64,000 nucleotides of DNA, taken from an uncultured Actinomycetota bacterium (GTDB lineage Bacteria; Actinomycetota; Actinomycetes; JAHEKZ01). The notes under the pieces were generated by a model. The model was not told where the DNA came from. It saw only the letters and a program-made list of their open reading frames with translations, and searched no databases. Where the stretch lies: positions 1,344,001 to 1,408,000 of the forward strand of contig CAVQYR010000001.1 of NCBI GenBank assembly GCA_963718235.1, in the 5' to 3' direction. Position numbers and translations under genes: made by a program. Shown here piece after piece: positions 17,741-27,260 of this stretch (position 1 is the stretch's first letter; each line of letters starts with the position of its first letter).

Positions 17741-19348
17741 ATGACCGTCATGGACCTCAACGTCAGTCCGCTCGGACAGGTCGAGGGCGACCTCGACGTG
17801 CGAGTCACCGTCACCGACGGCGTCGTCACCGACGCCTGGACCGAAGCCGCGATGTTCCGTGGCTTCGAGATCATCCTGCGCGGCAAGGACCCGCAGGCTG
17901 GTCTCATCATGACCCCCCGCATCTGTGGCATCTGCGGCGGCAGCCATCTCTACAAGGCCTGCTACGCGATCGACACCGCATGGGGCACCACCGTTCCGCC
18001 CAACGCGACCCGAGTGCGCAACATCGCCCAGGCCTGCGAGACGCTGCAGAGCATTCCACGGTGGTTCTACGCGATCATGGGCCCCGAGCTCACGGCCGCG
18101 CAGTACGCAGGCGCCGACCTGTATGCCGAGGCAACCCGGCGCTTCGCGCCGTACGTGGGCGTGGGCTACCAGAGCGGCGTCACGTTGTCCCAGCTGCCGG
18201 TCGAGATCTACGCCATCTTCGGTGGGCAGTGGCCGCACTCCTCGTTCATGATCCCCGGCGGCGTGATGAGTGCGCCGACGCTGTCCGACGTCACCCGCTC
18301 GATCTCGATCCTCGAGCACTGGAAAGACGAGTGGCTGGAGAAGCAGTGGCTCGGCTGCTCGGTCGACCGCTGGCTGGAGATCAAGACCTGGGACGACGTC
18401 CAAGCCTGGATGGACGAGAACGAGTCGCAGCGCAACAGCGACTGTGCGGTGTTCCTGAGGTATGCCCAGCAGATCGGGCTCGACTCCTACGGGCAGGGGT
18501 ACGGCAACTACCTGGCGGCTGGCACTTTCCTCAACCCGGAGACGTACACCCAGCCCACCATCGACGGCCGCAACGACTCGTTGATCTCGCGTTCGGGCAT
18601 CTATGCCGACGGTGACTGGTTCGACTTCGACCAGGCGCGGGTCACCGAGGACATCACGCACTCGTACTACGCCGGGACCGGGTCCCGACACCCCTTCGAC
18701 GGCGTCACCGAGCCGATCGACCCGGCCGAGGGAGCCAAGCAGGGCAAGTACACCTGGGCCAAGGCTCCCCGCTATGACGTCCCGAACCTGGGCTTCGTAC
18801 CGCTGGAGGTCGGTCCGTTGGCCCGCCAGGTCCTCGCTGCACGGCCGGGCGCGGCTGACTGGCAGGACGGCGACCCGTTCATCAAGAACGTCATCGACGC
18901 CATCGGTCCCAGCGTCATGACCCGGGTGCTCGCCCGGGTGCACGAGGCACCGAAGTACTACAAGCGGGTGCGCGCCTGGCTGGACGAGCTCGACCTGCAC
19001 GAGGACTTCTACGTGAAGCCGGCCGAGCCCCCGGACGGCCGGGGATTCGGTGGCACCGAGGCAGCGCGTGGTGCGCTGTGCGACTGGGTGGTGCTCGAGG
19101 GGGGCAAGATCAAGAACTACCAGGTGGTCACCCCTACGGCGTGGAACATCGGGCCCCGTGACGGCAACGACGCGGTCGGGCCGATGGAGAAGTCCTTCCT
19201 CGGAACGCCCATCGAGAACCCGGAGAACCCGGTCGAGCTCGCCCAGGTGGCGCACTCCTTCGACTCGTGCCTGGTGTGCACCGTGCACGCGTATGACGGC
19301 AAGACGGGCAAGGAGCTGTACCGGTTCCGTATGGACGGCATGGGTTGA
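17741..19348 (+). CDS. hucL: Group 2a [NiFe]-hydrogenase large subunit (HucL/HupL-like)
   Basis: L1 PRICGICGGSH and L2 SFDSCLVCTVH group 2a signatures; GGQWPHSSF; cleavable C-terminal extension after VH. Confidence 0.95.
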   Translation: MTVMDLNVSPLGQVEGDLDVRVTVTDGVVTDAWTEAAMFRGFEIILRGKDPQAGLIMTPRICGICGGSHLYKACYAIDTAWGTTVPPNATRVRNIAQACETLQSIPRWFYAIMGPELTAAQYAGADLYAEATRRFAPYVGVGYQSGVTLSQLPVEIYAIFGGQWPHSSFMIPGGVMSAPTLSDVTRSISILEHWKDEWLEKQWLGCSVDRWLEIKTWDDVQAWMDENESQRNSDCAVFLRYAQQIGLDSYGQGYGNYLAAGTFLNPETYTQPTIDGRNDSLISRSGIYADGDWFDFDQARVTEDITHSYYAGTGSRHPFDGVTEPIDPAEGAKQGKYTWAKAPRYDVPNLGFVPLEVGPLARQVLAARPGAADWQDGDPFIKNVIDAIGPSVMTRVLARVHEAPKYYKRVRAWLDELDLHEDFYVKPAEPPDGRGFGGTEAARGALCDWVVLEGGKIKNYQVVTPTAWNIGPRDGNDAVGPMEKSFLGTPIENPENPVELAQVAHSFDSCLVCTVHAYDGKTGKELYRFRMDGMG

Positions 19349-19884
19349 GCGACGACCGCTCCGCGGCAGAGCGTCTGACCGAGCTCTTGGGGCGGACTCC
19401 GCCTGAGCTGCTCGTGGTGGGGTGCGGCAACCTCCTTCGTGGTGACGACGCGGTCGGACCGGTCTTCGTCCGCCTCCTGGCCGAGCGGGGCGTGCCCGAC
19501 ACCGTGCGACTGGTCGACGGCGGCACGGCCGGCATGGATGTCGCGTTCGCGATGAGGGGTGCCCGCCGCGTGGTCGTCGTCGATGCTTCGCGGCTGGGTG
19601 TGCAGCCTGGGACGGTGCACCGGGTGCCAGGGGATCAGCTGGTCGACCTCACCCCGCCGGCCGGCAACTTGCACCGGCTGCGCTGGGACCAGGCCCTCGG
19701 GTTCGCCCAGTGGATGTTGGGCAGCGACTACCCCGAAGCGGTCGAGGTCTGGCTCATCGAGGGCGCGTCCTTCGAGGTGGGGGCCGCACTCAGCGCGCCG
19801 GTGGAGACGGCGGTGGAGCACCTGGTCGACCGTTGGTGCGAGGAGTGGCCCATGACGCTGGTCGAGGCACGGGATGTCGGGTGA
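19345..19884 (+). CDS. Hydrogenase maturation endopeptidase (HupD/HybD family)
   Basis: LLVVGCGNLLRGDDAVG, VDGGTAGMD, VVVVDA, NLH; follows the large subunit. Confidence 0.9.
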   Translation: MSDDRSAAERLTELLGRTPPELLVVGCGNLLRGDDAVGPVFVRLLAERGVPDTVRLVDGGTAGMDVAFAMRGARRVVVVDASRLGVQPGTVHRVPGDQLVDLTPPAGNLHRLRWDQALGFAQWMLGSDYPEAVEVWLIEGASFEVGAALSAPVETAVEHLVDRWCEEWPMTLVEARDVG

Positions 19885-20098
19885 CGGGGGTCCGCGCGGC
19901 GCCGAGGAAGCCCTCGGCCTTCGGGCCGACGTCGTCCTCGAGCACGGCGAGTACGCCGTGTACCTCGACGTGGTGCTGGTCTCGGGGGCGGTCCGCAAGA
20001 AGATCGGCGTCTGGCCGGACCGGCGCCGAGCTGAGGTCGCGGCCCGGGAGATCCAGCGGCAGGCTGGGCGTCACATCCACCGAACCCGAGGCAGCTGA
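19874..20098 (+). CDS. Small hypothetical protein of the hydrogenase cluster (74 aa)
   Basis: Fills the gap between the protease and TPR genes with overlapping junctions; GC3-biased codons. Confidence 0.65.
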   Translation: MSGDGGPRGAEEALGLRADVVLEHGEYAVYLDVVLVSGAVRKKIGVWPDRRRAEVAAREIQRQAGRHIHRTRGS

Positions 20099-20110
20099 AG
20101 GCGTGAAGTC

Positions 20111-21385
20111 GTGACCGAGCTCTCCACCCGCGGACTGCTCCCGGTCTTCACCCAGCCACTGGGTGCGCTGCCCTGGCCGGCCGGGATGCTGCTCCTGGGC
20201 GAGGGAGCCGACGTGGAGGCCACGGCGTGGCTGCTTCGTCGCGGGGGTGAACCCGACGTCTGGCCGGTCTCGACCGCCTTTCTGGCCGCCGCCCTTCGCG
20301 ACGACCTCGATGCGGCCCTGGCGTCGTTGGATCCCGACGACCCGTTGAGCAGGTACAACGAGGCCGTTCTCGTCGGTGACGCGCAGGCGTGGGAGGTCGT
20401 CGCCCACAGCGAGCTGGCCGACGATCCGGTCGTAGCCGCCTTGGTGCACACCGCCCGCTACAGCCTCGGACTCGTCCAGACGGCGCCGGATCCGCTCGAC
20501 GGACCAGGAGAGGTGGAGGCGGTGGTGCACGCCGCCCGGGCCTCGGCCGCCCTCGAGGCCGGTGACTTCGACCCGGCGCTCGACGAGCTCGACTCAGGGG
20601 CCACAGCCGCGCAGCGGTGCGACAGTCCGGTGCTGGCAGCGTCGCTGAGGGGCACTCGGGCCGAGCTGCTGCGCGACCAGCTGGGTCGTCCTCAGGAGGC
20701 CTTGGAGGAGGGTCAGCGGGCATTGGCGCTGCTCGAGTCGGACGCCGTCGACAGCGGGTCGGTGCGTGAGCTGAAGGCCGACCTCACCCTCACCCTGGCG
20801 TTGACCCGCCAAGAGCTCGCGGTGGACCAGCCCCAGCTGCTGACCGAGGTGATCGCCGATCTCCAGCGGTGTCTGCACACGTACACCGAGGACGACTACC
20901 CCGAGCAGTTCGCGGTGTGCAGCCACCACCTGGCCCTGGCCTACCTGGTGCTCCCGGCCTCGCAGCAGGCGGACCGGATCCGGTCCGGCGTCGCCGTCAA
21001 CGCCCTCCGAGGTGCCCTGCGGGTCTACCGGCCGGAGACCCATCCGGTCGCCTGGGCCAGCACGACGCTCAACCTCGCGAACGCACTGCAGTACCTGCCG
21101 AGCGCCGTGCCCGAGCAGCACCTCACCGAGGCCGTCGACCTGTACGAGCAGGTTCTGCAGCACCGCGATGCGACCCGCGACCCCGTCGGGTCGGCACGAG
21201 TCCTGGCCAACCAGGGGAACGCCTTGGCGCACCTCGGTGCTTTCGTCGACGCCCATGACCGGTTGGGCCGGGCCCGCCGGCTCTTCGTCACCGCGAACGA
21301 CACCGACGGGGTGGCCCATGTCGACGAGCTGCTGGCCGGTGTGCTGCACGCCGAGCGCGCAGCCCCAGCAGCCCAGGGGGGTTGA
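20111..21385 (+). CDS. Tetratricopeptide-repeat protein associated with group 2a hydrogenases
   Basis: Helical repeats (WASTTLNLANALQY, ARVLANQGNALAHLG); N-terminal PVFTQPLGALPWPAG; position typical of hup/huc clusters. Confidence 0.8.
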   Translation: MTELSTRGLLPVFTQPLGALPWPAGMLLLGEGADVEATAWLLRRGGEPDVWPVSTAFLAAALRDDLDAALASLDPDDPLSRYNEAVLVGDAQAWEVVAHSELADDPVVAALVHTARYSLGLVQTAPDPLDGPGEVEAVVHAARASAALEAGDFDPALDELDSGATAAQRCDSPVLAASLRGTRAELLRDQLGRPQEALEEGQRALALLESDAVDSGSVRELKADLTLTLALTRQELAVDQPQLLTEVIADLQRCLHTYTEDDYPEQFAVCSHHLALAYLVLPASQQADRIRSGVAVNALRGALRVYRPETHPVAWASTTLNLANALQYLPSAVPEQHLTEAVDLYEQVLQHRDATRDPVGSARVLANQGNALAHLGAFVDAHDRLGRARRLFVTANDTDGVAHVDELLAGVLHAERAAPAAQGG

Positions 21386-21748
21386 GTGGAACCCTTCCTG
21401 CAGCAGCAGTTCGAGCTTCAGCTGGCCGAGGCTGCCGAGCGGCTGGCCGAGCGAGCGGTCCACCGGTGCGGGGGGAACGAGCGCGCCTTGGCCCAGCTCC
21501 AGGCAGACCCGGACGGCGAAGGCGTCTGGGCTTCGCAGTTCGTCGAGGCATTCTTCGCCGAGCAGCTGCTCGACAACGTCGCTGGATCATGCTTCGTGCT
21601 CCAGGCGCTGGCCCGTCGAGAGGTGCCACACGACCCGGGCGGAGCCGTCGAGCAGGTGCTCGGGCGCCTGGCCCGGGTCGCCTTCACCGAGGTGCTGACC
21701 AAGCAGACGGCACAGCTGCTTCAGCGTGCCCTGGTGTTCGAGGGATGA
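21386..21748 (+). CDS. Hypothetical helical protein of the hydrogenase cluster
   Basis: Abuts the TPR gene; its stop overlaps the next ATG; good codon bias. Confidence 0.7.
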   Translation: MEPFLQQQFELQLAEAAERLAERAVHRCGGNERALAQLQADPDGEGVWASQFVEAFFAEQLLDNVAGSCFVLQALARREVPHDPGGAVEQVLGRLARVAFTEVLTKQTAQLLQRALVFEG

Positions 21749-22293
21749 CCATGACGACAGACACCGACCAGCTGGGCTTCGCCGACCTGGCTCGACGGGT
21801 CGACGAGCTGCGTGACCGGGTCCAGCACAGCGACGACCACGTCCGGTCGCTGCTCGAGGAGACCCTCGATGCGGTTACGGCGTTCAACCGGGCGGGGCTC
21901 GTCACGTTGGTCGGCATGCTGCGCAACGACCCGCAGGCGTGCGAGGTGCTGTACCGCTCCATGGACGAGCCGGAGGTCATGGCGCTGCTCGTGGCGCACG
22001 ACATCGTCCATGCCGGTCGCGCCGTCGACGTCCTGCGAGCGGTCGAGCAGATCCGTCCGTACCTCGTGGCCAGCAGCGCCGACGTCGAGGTCGTGAGCGT
22101 CGACGACGACGTCGTCACCCTTCGTTTCGGGGGCGGGGGCTGCGGGGGAGTCTCCGACGAGCTGAAGCAAGGCGTGCGCGAGGTGCTGATGACCCGAGTG
22201 CCGGGTCTACGGGCCGTCGAGGAAGTCGCGGCCACCCCGACCGCCTCCGCTCAGGCGTTCGTACCCCTGACCTCGCTCACGGTCGGTCCGTGA
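21745..22293 (+). CDS. NifU-like protein (HucE-like), degenerate, no Rieske domain
   Basis: IRPYL...DVEVVSVDDDVVTLRF-GGGGCGG NifU C-terminal fold pattern; AFVPLTSL tail; only one Cys at the CxxC position. Confidence 0.7.
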   Translation: MTMTTDTDQLGFADLARRVDELRDRVQHSDDHVRSLLEETLDAVTAFNRAGLVTLVGMLRNDPQACEVLYRSMDEPEVMALLVAHDIVHAGRAVDVLRAVEQIRPYLVASSADVEVVSVDDDVVTLRFGGGGCGGVSDELKQGVREVLMTRVPGLRAVEEVAATPTASAQAFVPLTSLTVGP

Positions 22294-23423
22294 CCGTTTC
22301 GGCCACGCAGACCTGGCAACCGGTACGTCGCCTCGGCGCGGCCTCACCCGGCGGCCTGGCCCTGCCGGCGGCCCTGCCGACTCCCGGACAGATGTATGCG
22401 CCCCGCGGGGTCTGGACCGACGGACGCCGCGTCGTGATCGCCGACACCGGCAACCACCGTGTGCTCATCTGGCACGACTGGCCCGCCGTCGACGGAGCGC
22501 CGGCGGATGTGGTGCTCGGACAGCCGGACTTCTCCACCGAGGGGCCGGCCGCCGGGGGTCGTGGGCCCGAACGGGGCCTGAACCTGCCGACCGGGGTCAG
22601 GGTGGTCGGGGGGCAGCTCGTCGTCGCCGACGCCTGGCACCACCGGCTGGTGGCCTACGACGGCGTTCCTCAGACCAGTGACGTCGAGCCCGTGTGGGTC
22701 CTCGGCCAACGCGACCTCACCCGTGTGGAGCCCAACGCCGGCGGCGAGCCGTCCTTGTCCACGCTGTACTGGCCGTTCGGCTTCGGGTCGGTGGGCGAGG
22801 TGTTCTGGGTCTGCGACACGGGCAACCGCCGCGTGCTCGGCTGGCGGACGTCTGGCGACGCTCTTCCGACGCCCGGCTCGGCGGCGGACGTGCTCCTCGG
22901 GCAGGCGTCCCCTGACCAGCGGGCGGACAACCGAGGTGTGGACCTGGACGCGAGTGCCTTTCGCTGGCCTCACGCGGTTGCCGGCGACGAGGACACGCTG
23001 TACGTCGCCGACGCGGGAAACCACCGGGTGCTCGGCTGGACCCCGGGCCCGGGCGCCGACGGTCCGGCCGATCTGGTGCTCGGCCAGCGCAGCTTCGACC
23101 TCGCCGCGGAGTTCAAGAACCAGCCGCAGGGAGCCGCCCGACTGCGTTTCCCGTACTCCTGTGTGAGCGACCAGACTCGCCTCTTCGTGGCTGACACCTC
23201 GAACAACCGAGTGCTGATCTGGCACGAGCGGCCGGTCAGGGGAGCGGGTGTCGCAGCCGACACCGTGCTCGCACAACCCGATGTCGACGCCAACGGCGAG
23301 AACCGGTGGGACGTCGTCGCCGACGACAGCCTCTGCTGGCCGTACGGGCTGTCGCTCGCCGGTGACCTGCTGGCCGTTGCCGACTCGGGCAACAACCGGG
23401 TCGTGCTGTGGCAGGCCCGATGA
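22290..23423 (+). CDS. NHL-repeat beta-propeller protein
   Basis: Six repeats such as IADTGNHRVLIW, VADAWHHRL, CDTGNRRVLGW, VADAGNHRVLGW, VADTSNNRVLIW, VADSGNNRVVLW. Confidence 0.9.
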   Translation: MTVSATQTWQPVRRLGAASPGGLALPAALPTPGQMYAPRGVWTDGRRVVIADTGNHRVLIWHDWPAVDGAPADVVLGQPDFSTEGPAAGGRGPERGLNLPTGVRVVGGQLVVADAWHHRLVAYDGVPQTSDVEPVWVLGQRDLTRVEPNAGGEPSLSTLYWPFGFGSVGEVFWVCDTGNRRVLGWRTSGDALPTPGSAADVLLGQASPDQRADNRGVDLDASAFRWPHAVAGDEDTLYVADAGNHRVLGWTPGPGADGPADLVLGQRSFDLAAEFKNQPQGAARLRFPYSCVSDQTRLFVADTSNNRVLIWHERPVRGAGVAADTVLAQPDVDANGENRWDVVADDSLCWPYGLSLAGDLLAVADSGNNRVVLWQAR

Positions 23424-25858
23424 CCGGCGGACTGGTGGTGGGTGGCCGCGAGCGCCGGAGGGTACGGGTCAGCGGCGTGGTGCAGGGGGTCGGCTTCCGT
23501 CCCTTCGTCCACCGACTCGCCCATGACCTGAGGCTCGACGGGCACGTCGGCAACGACACCCACGGTGTGTTCGTCGAGGTGGAGGGTCTCCCGCAGCAGC
23601 TGGACGACTTCACCCGACGGCTGACTACCGACGGACCCCCACTGGCGATGGTCGAGTCGGTGGACGTGCAGACCATCGCGTCGCTCGGCACGCATGGGTT
23701 CGTCATCGTCGAGAGCACATCGAGCGGAGGTGGTGCCGACTCGTCACCCAATGTGGCCCTGGTGCCACCGGACACGGCGTGCTGCCCGAGCTGCTGGGCC
23801 GAGACCCTGGACGCCAAGGACCGCCGGTACCGCTACCCGTTCACCGCCTGCACCTACTGCGGTCCCCGGTTCACGATGGTGAAGGGGATCCCCTACGACC
23901 GTCCGTTCACCACCATGGCCGGCTTTCCACTGTGCGACGACTGCGCCGCTGAGTACGAGGACCCGGCGGATCGGCGCTTCCATGCGCAGCCCACCGCCTG
24001 CCCGGCGTGCGGACCCAGGCTGTCGTTCGTGGGCTCCGACGTCGGCCCGGCGCAGGGGCGGGTCGACGGCGCCACCGGCGATGACGCTCTGGCCGAGGCG
24101 TTGGCGGTGCTGCACCGAGGCGGCATCGTCGCCATCAAGGGCGTCGGCGGCTACCACCTCGCGTGTGATGCCACTCGGCCAGAGGTCGTCGAACGACTCC
24201 GTGAGCGCAAGCAGCGCTCCGGAAAGCCGTTCGCGGTGATGGTTTCCGACCTGGACGCTGCACGGCTCCTGGGGCGGGTCGGTCGGACCGCAGGTGCTGC
24301 GCTCATCTCACCGGCCGCCCCGATCGTGTTGATCGACGTCTTCGACAGCCATCTGTCCCGCGTCGTTGCCCGCTCGGTCGCTCCGGGCCAGGACCGGGTC
24401 GGGGTCCTGCTGGCGTACTCACCGCTGCACCGGCTGCTCTTCGAGCCCCACCCGGCGACGGTCGACGGTTCGCGCTGGACGCCCCAGGTCCTGGTGCTGA
24501 CCAGCGCCAACCTCGCCGACGAGCCGATCTGCACCGACCCCGAGGAGGCGGAGCTACGGCTGGCCGGCATCGCCGACGCGTGGTTGCACCACGACCGGCC
24601 GATCCACGTCGCCTGCGACGACTCGGTCGTCCAGCTGGACGACCCAGCTGACGGCCCAGCCGACGACCCAGCGGACGAGTCGATGGTCCGGCCGATCCGT
24701 CGTAGTCGTGGGTACGCACCCCTGCCCGTGCGGCTGCCCTTCACCTCCGGGGCGGCGCTCGCGGTGGGAGGTGAGCTCAAGGCGACGGTCTGCGCGGCGG
24801 TCGGGCAGCACGCCTGGCTCAGCCAGCACCTGGGCGACGTGGCCTCCCGGGAGACCCTCGCGTCGATGCGTCGGGCGGTAGAGGTCCTGCTGTCGCTCAC
24901 CCGCGTCGACCCCGAGGTCATCGTCGCCGACCTGCACCCGGGCTACCTGTCGCGGCGGTGGGCCGAGGAGTACGCACGAGACCGAGGGCTGGGCTGCCTG
25001 CTGGTGCAGCACCATCACGCGCACCTCGCGGCTCTCCTGGCCGAGCACGGGGTCCCGGCTGGCCAGCCGGTGATCGGCTTCGCCTTCGACGGCACCGGCT
25101 ACGGCACCGACGGCACGATCTGGGGCGGTGAGGTGCTGCTCGGGTCCTATGCCTCGGTGGAGCGGGTCGGTCACCTGAAGCCGGTTCCACTACCGGGTGG
25201 CGATGCGGCCATCCGTCGTCCGGCGCGGGTCGCCTTGTCGCACCTTCGGTCCGCAGGTGTGGACTGGGACCCGTCGATCCCCGCCGTGGCCGCCACCGAC
25301 GACGTCGAACGTCGGGTAGTGGCGGGCATGCTGCGCAGCGGGACCGGTTGCGTGCCGACGACCAGCATGGGTCGCCTCTTCGACGCGGTGGCCGCGGTCC
25401 TGGGCGTGTGTCACGACGCCGGGTACGAGGGTCAGGCGGCCGTCGAGCTCGAGGCCGTCAGCCGCACGGCCGGCGCCGACCGGGGCGGCGCTGCGGACGC
25501 ACCCGCCTTGGTCGTCGACGACGACCTCGTGATGGACCCAGGGTCGCTGGTCGCCCGGTGCGTCGCCGACCTGACCGCTGGGGTGGCGGTGCCCCAGGTG
25601 GGGCACGCCTTCCACGTGGCGGTGGCGCGAGCCGTGGTCACGGTCGCCGAGCGGGTTCGTGGCTCGACGGGGGTGGACACGGTGGGGCTGACCGGGGGAG
25701 TGTTCCAGAACAGGCTCCTGACGACGCTCACCCGGGCATCGTTGGAGTCGGCCGGGTTCACCGTGCTGGTCCACCGGACGGTTCCCGCCAACGACGGAGG
25801 CCTGGCCCTGGGGCAGGTCGCAGTGGCAGCCAACGGTGGCGCACAGGAGAGGGTCTGA
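23420..25858 (+). CDS. hypF: Carbamoyltransferase HypF
   Basis: GVVQGVGFRPFV acylphosphatase domain; Zn fingers; KGVGGYHLACDA; QHHHAH; DGTGYGTDGTIWGGE; PANDGGLALGQ. Confidence 0.96.
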   Translation: MTGGLVVGGRERRRVRVSGVVQGVGFRPFVHRLAHDLRLDGHVGNDTHGVFVEVEGLPQQLDDFTRRLTTDGPPLAMVESVDVQTIASLGTHGFVIVESTSSGGGADSSPNVALVPPDTACCPSCWAETLDAKDRRYRYPFTACTYCGPRFTMVKGIPYDRPFTTMAGFPLCDDCAAEYEDPADRRFHAQPTACPACGPRLSFVGSDVGPAQGRVDGATGDDALAEALAVLHRGGIVAIKGVGGYHLACDATRPEVVERLRERKQRSGKPFAVMVSDLDAARLLGRVGRTAGAALISPAAPIVLIDVFDSHLSRVVARSVAPGQDRVGVLLAYSPLHRLLFEPHPATVDGSRWTPQVLVLTSANLADEPICTDPEEAELRLAGIADAWLHHDRPIHVACDDSVVQLDDPADGPADDPADESMVRPIRRSRGYAPLPVRLPFTSGAALAVGGELKATVCAAVGQHAWLSQHLGDVASRETLASMRRAVEVLLSLTRVDPEVIVADLHPGYLSRRWAEEYARDRGLGCLLVQHHHAHLAALLAEHGVPAGQPVIGFAFDGTGYGTDGTIWGGEVLLGSYASVERVGHLKPVPLPGGDAAIRRPARVALSHLRSAGVDWDPSIPAVAATDDVERRVVAGMLRSGTGCVPTTSMGRLFDAVAAVLGVCHDAGYEGQAAVELEAVSRTAGADRGGAADAPALVVDDDLVMDPGSLVARCVADLTAGVAVPQVGHAFHVAVARAVVTVAERVRGSTGVDTVGLTGGVFQNRLLTTLTRASLESAGFTVLVHRTVPANDGGLALGQVAVAANGGAQERV

Positions 25859-25860
25859 CC

Positions 25861-26118
25861 ATGTGTCTGGGAGTACCGGGACGAATCGAGGAGATCTGGG
25901 ATGCCGAAGGCACCCGGATGGCACGGGTCGACTTCGGCGGGGTGAACAAGGACGTGTGTCTGGCGTACCTCCCCGACCTGACCGTCGGCGACTACACGAT
26001 CGTGCACGTGGGGTTCGCGATCAGCCAGGTCGACGAGGCGTCCGCCCAGGAGACGCTGCGCCTGTTCGAGGAGATCGGCGTCCTCGAGGCCGAGCTCGGC
26101 ACCTCCTTCAAGGAGTGA
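25861..26118 (+). CDS. hypC: Hydrogenase maturation chaperone HypC
   Basis: MCLGVPG N-terminus; VHVGFA. Confidence 0.96.
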   Translation: MCLGVPGRIEEIWDAEGTRMARVDFGGVNKDVCLAYLPDLTVGDYTIVHVGFAISQVDEASAQETLRLFEEIGVLEAELGTSFKE

Positions 26119-26134
26119 GGCGAGGAGTGAGGCG

Positions 26135-27253
26135 ATGAAGTACCTGGACGAGTTCAACGACCCCGACCTGGCCCGACGACTGCTCGACGAGATCGCGGCC
26201 ACAGTCACTCGCCCATGGGCGATCATGGAGGTGTGCGGGGGCCAGACGCACACGATCATCCGCAACGGCATCGACCAGCTGCTGCCGGAGCCCGTGCAGC
26301 TGATCCACGGACCCGGGTGTCCGGTGTGCGTCACGCCGCTGGAGATCATCGACAAGGCCCTGGCGATCGCCGCTCGGCCCGACGTCATCTTCTGCTCGTT
26401 CGGGGACATGCTGCGGGTTCCCGGCAGCCAGCAGGACCTGTTCGCCGTCAAGTCGCAGGGGGGCGACGTCCGGGTCGTCTACTCCCCGCTGGACGCCGTC
26501 CGGATCGCCCAGGCCAACCCGGACAGGCAGGTGGTCTTCTTCGGGATCGGCTTCGAGACCACCGCACCGGCCAACGCGATGACGGTCCACCTGGCCAAGA
26601 CGCAGCACATCGAGAACTTCTCGGTGCTGGTGTCCCACGTCCTCGTGCCGCCGGCCATCACCGCCCTGATGGAGGCACCGGAGCGGCGGGTGCAGGGGTT
26701 CCTGGCCGCGGGGCACGTCTGCGCGGTGATGGGTATGAGCCAGTACGTGCCACTGGTCGAGAAGTACCACGTGCCGATCGTGGTGACCGGGTTCGAGCCG
26801 CTCGACGTCCTCGAAGGCATCCGGCGCACGCTGCTGCAGCTCGAGCAGGGCCGGGCCGAGCTGGAGAACGCGTACCCCCGTGCAGTGACCTTCGAGGGCA
26901 ACGTGCGAGCCCAGGAGATGGTGCACGACGTCTTCGAGGTGACCGACCGGGCGTGGCGTGGGATCGGCCTGATCCCGGCCAGCGGGTGGCGGCTCTCGGC
27001 GCGCTACTCCGACTATGACGCTGAGCAGCGGTTCGACGTCAGCGACATCCGGACCCAGGAGTCGGGGCTGTGCCGGAGCGGTGAGGTTCTGCAAGGCCTG
27101 ATCAAGCCGAACGAGTGCGCCGCCTTCGGCAAGGAGTGCACGCCGCGTGCCCCGCTCGGCGCGCCCATGGTGTCCAGTGAGGGTGCCTGTGCCGCCTACT
27201 ACCAGTTCCGGCGACTCGAGAGCCCGGTTCTCGCCCCGGGAGTCGCGCAGTGA
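26135..27253 (+). CDS. hypD: Hydrogenase formation protein HypD
   Basis: [35 protein letters not shown]. Confidence 0.96.
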   Translation: MKYLDEFNDPDLARRLLDEIAATVTRPWAIMEVCGGQTHTIIRNGIDQLLPEPVQLIHGPGCPVCVTPLEIIDKALAIAARPDVIFCSFGDMLRVPGSQQDLFAVKSQGGDVRVVYSPLDAVRIAQANPDRQVVFFGIGFETTAPANAMTVHLAKTQHIENFSVLVSHVLVPPAITALMEAPERRVQGFLAAGHVCAVMGMSQYVPLVEKYHVPIVVTGFEPLDVLEGIRRTLLQLEQGRAELENAYPRAVTFEGNVRAQEMVHDVFEVTDRAWRGIGLIPASGWRLSARYSDYDAEQRFDVSDIRTQESGLCRSGEVLQGLIKPNECAAFGKECTPRAPLGAPMVSSEGACAAYYQFRRLESPVLAPGVAQ

Positions 27254-27260
27254 GGATCCG

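Noticed and set aside
19260-19300. Selenocysteine-containing ([NiFeSe]) hydrogenase
   Set aside because: Both L2 cysteines are TGC codons; no in-frame TGA.
24638-24680. Short DDPADGPADDPADE repeat in hypF
   Set aside because: In-frame low-complexity loop insertion with no sign of functional significance.
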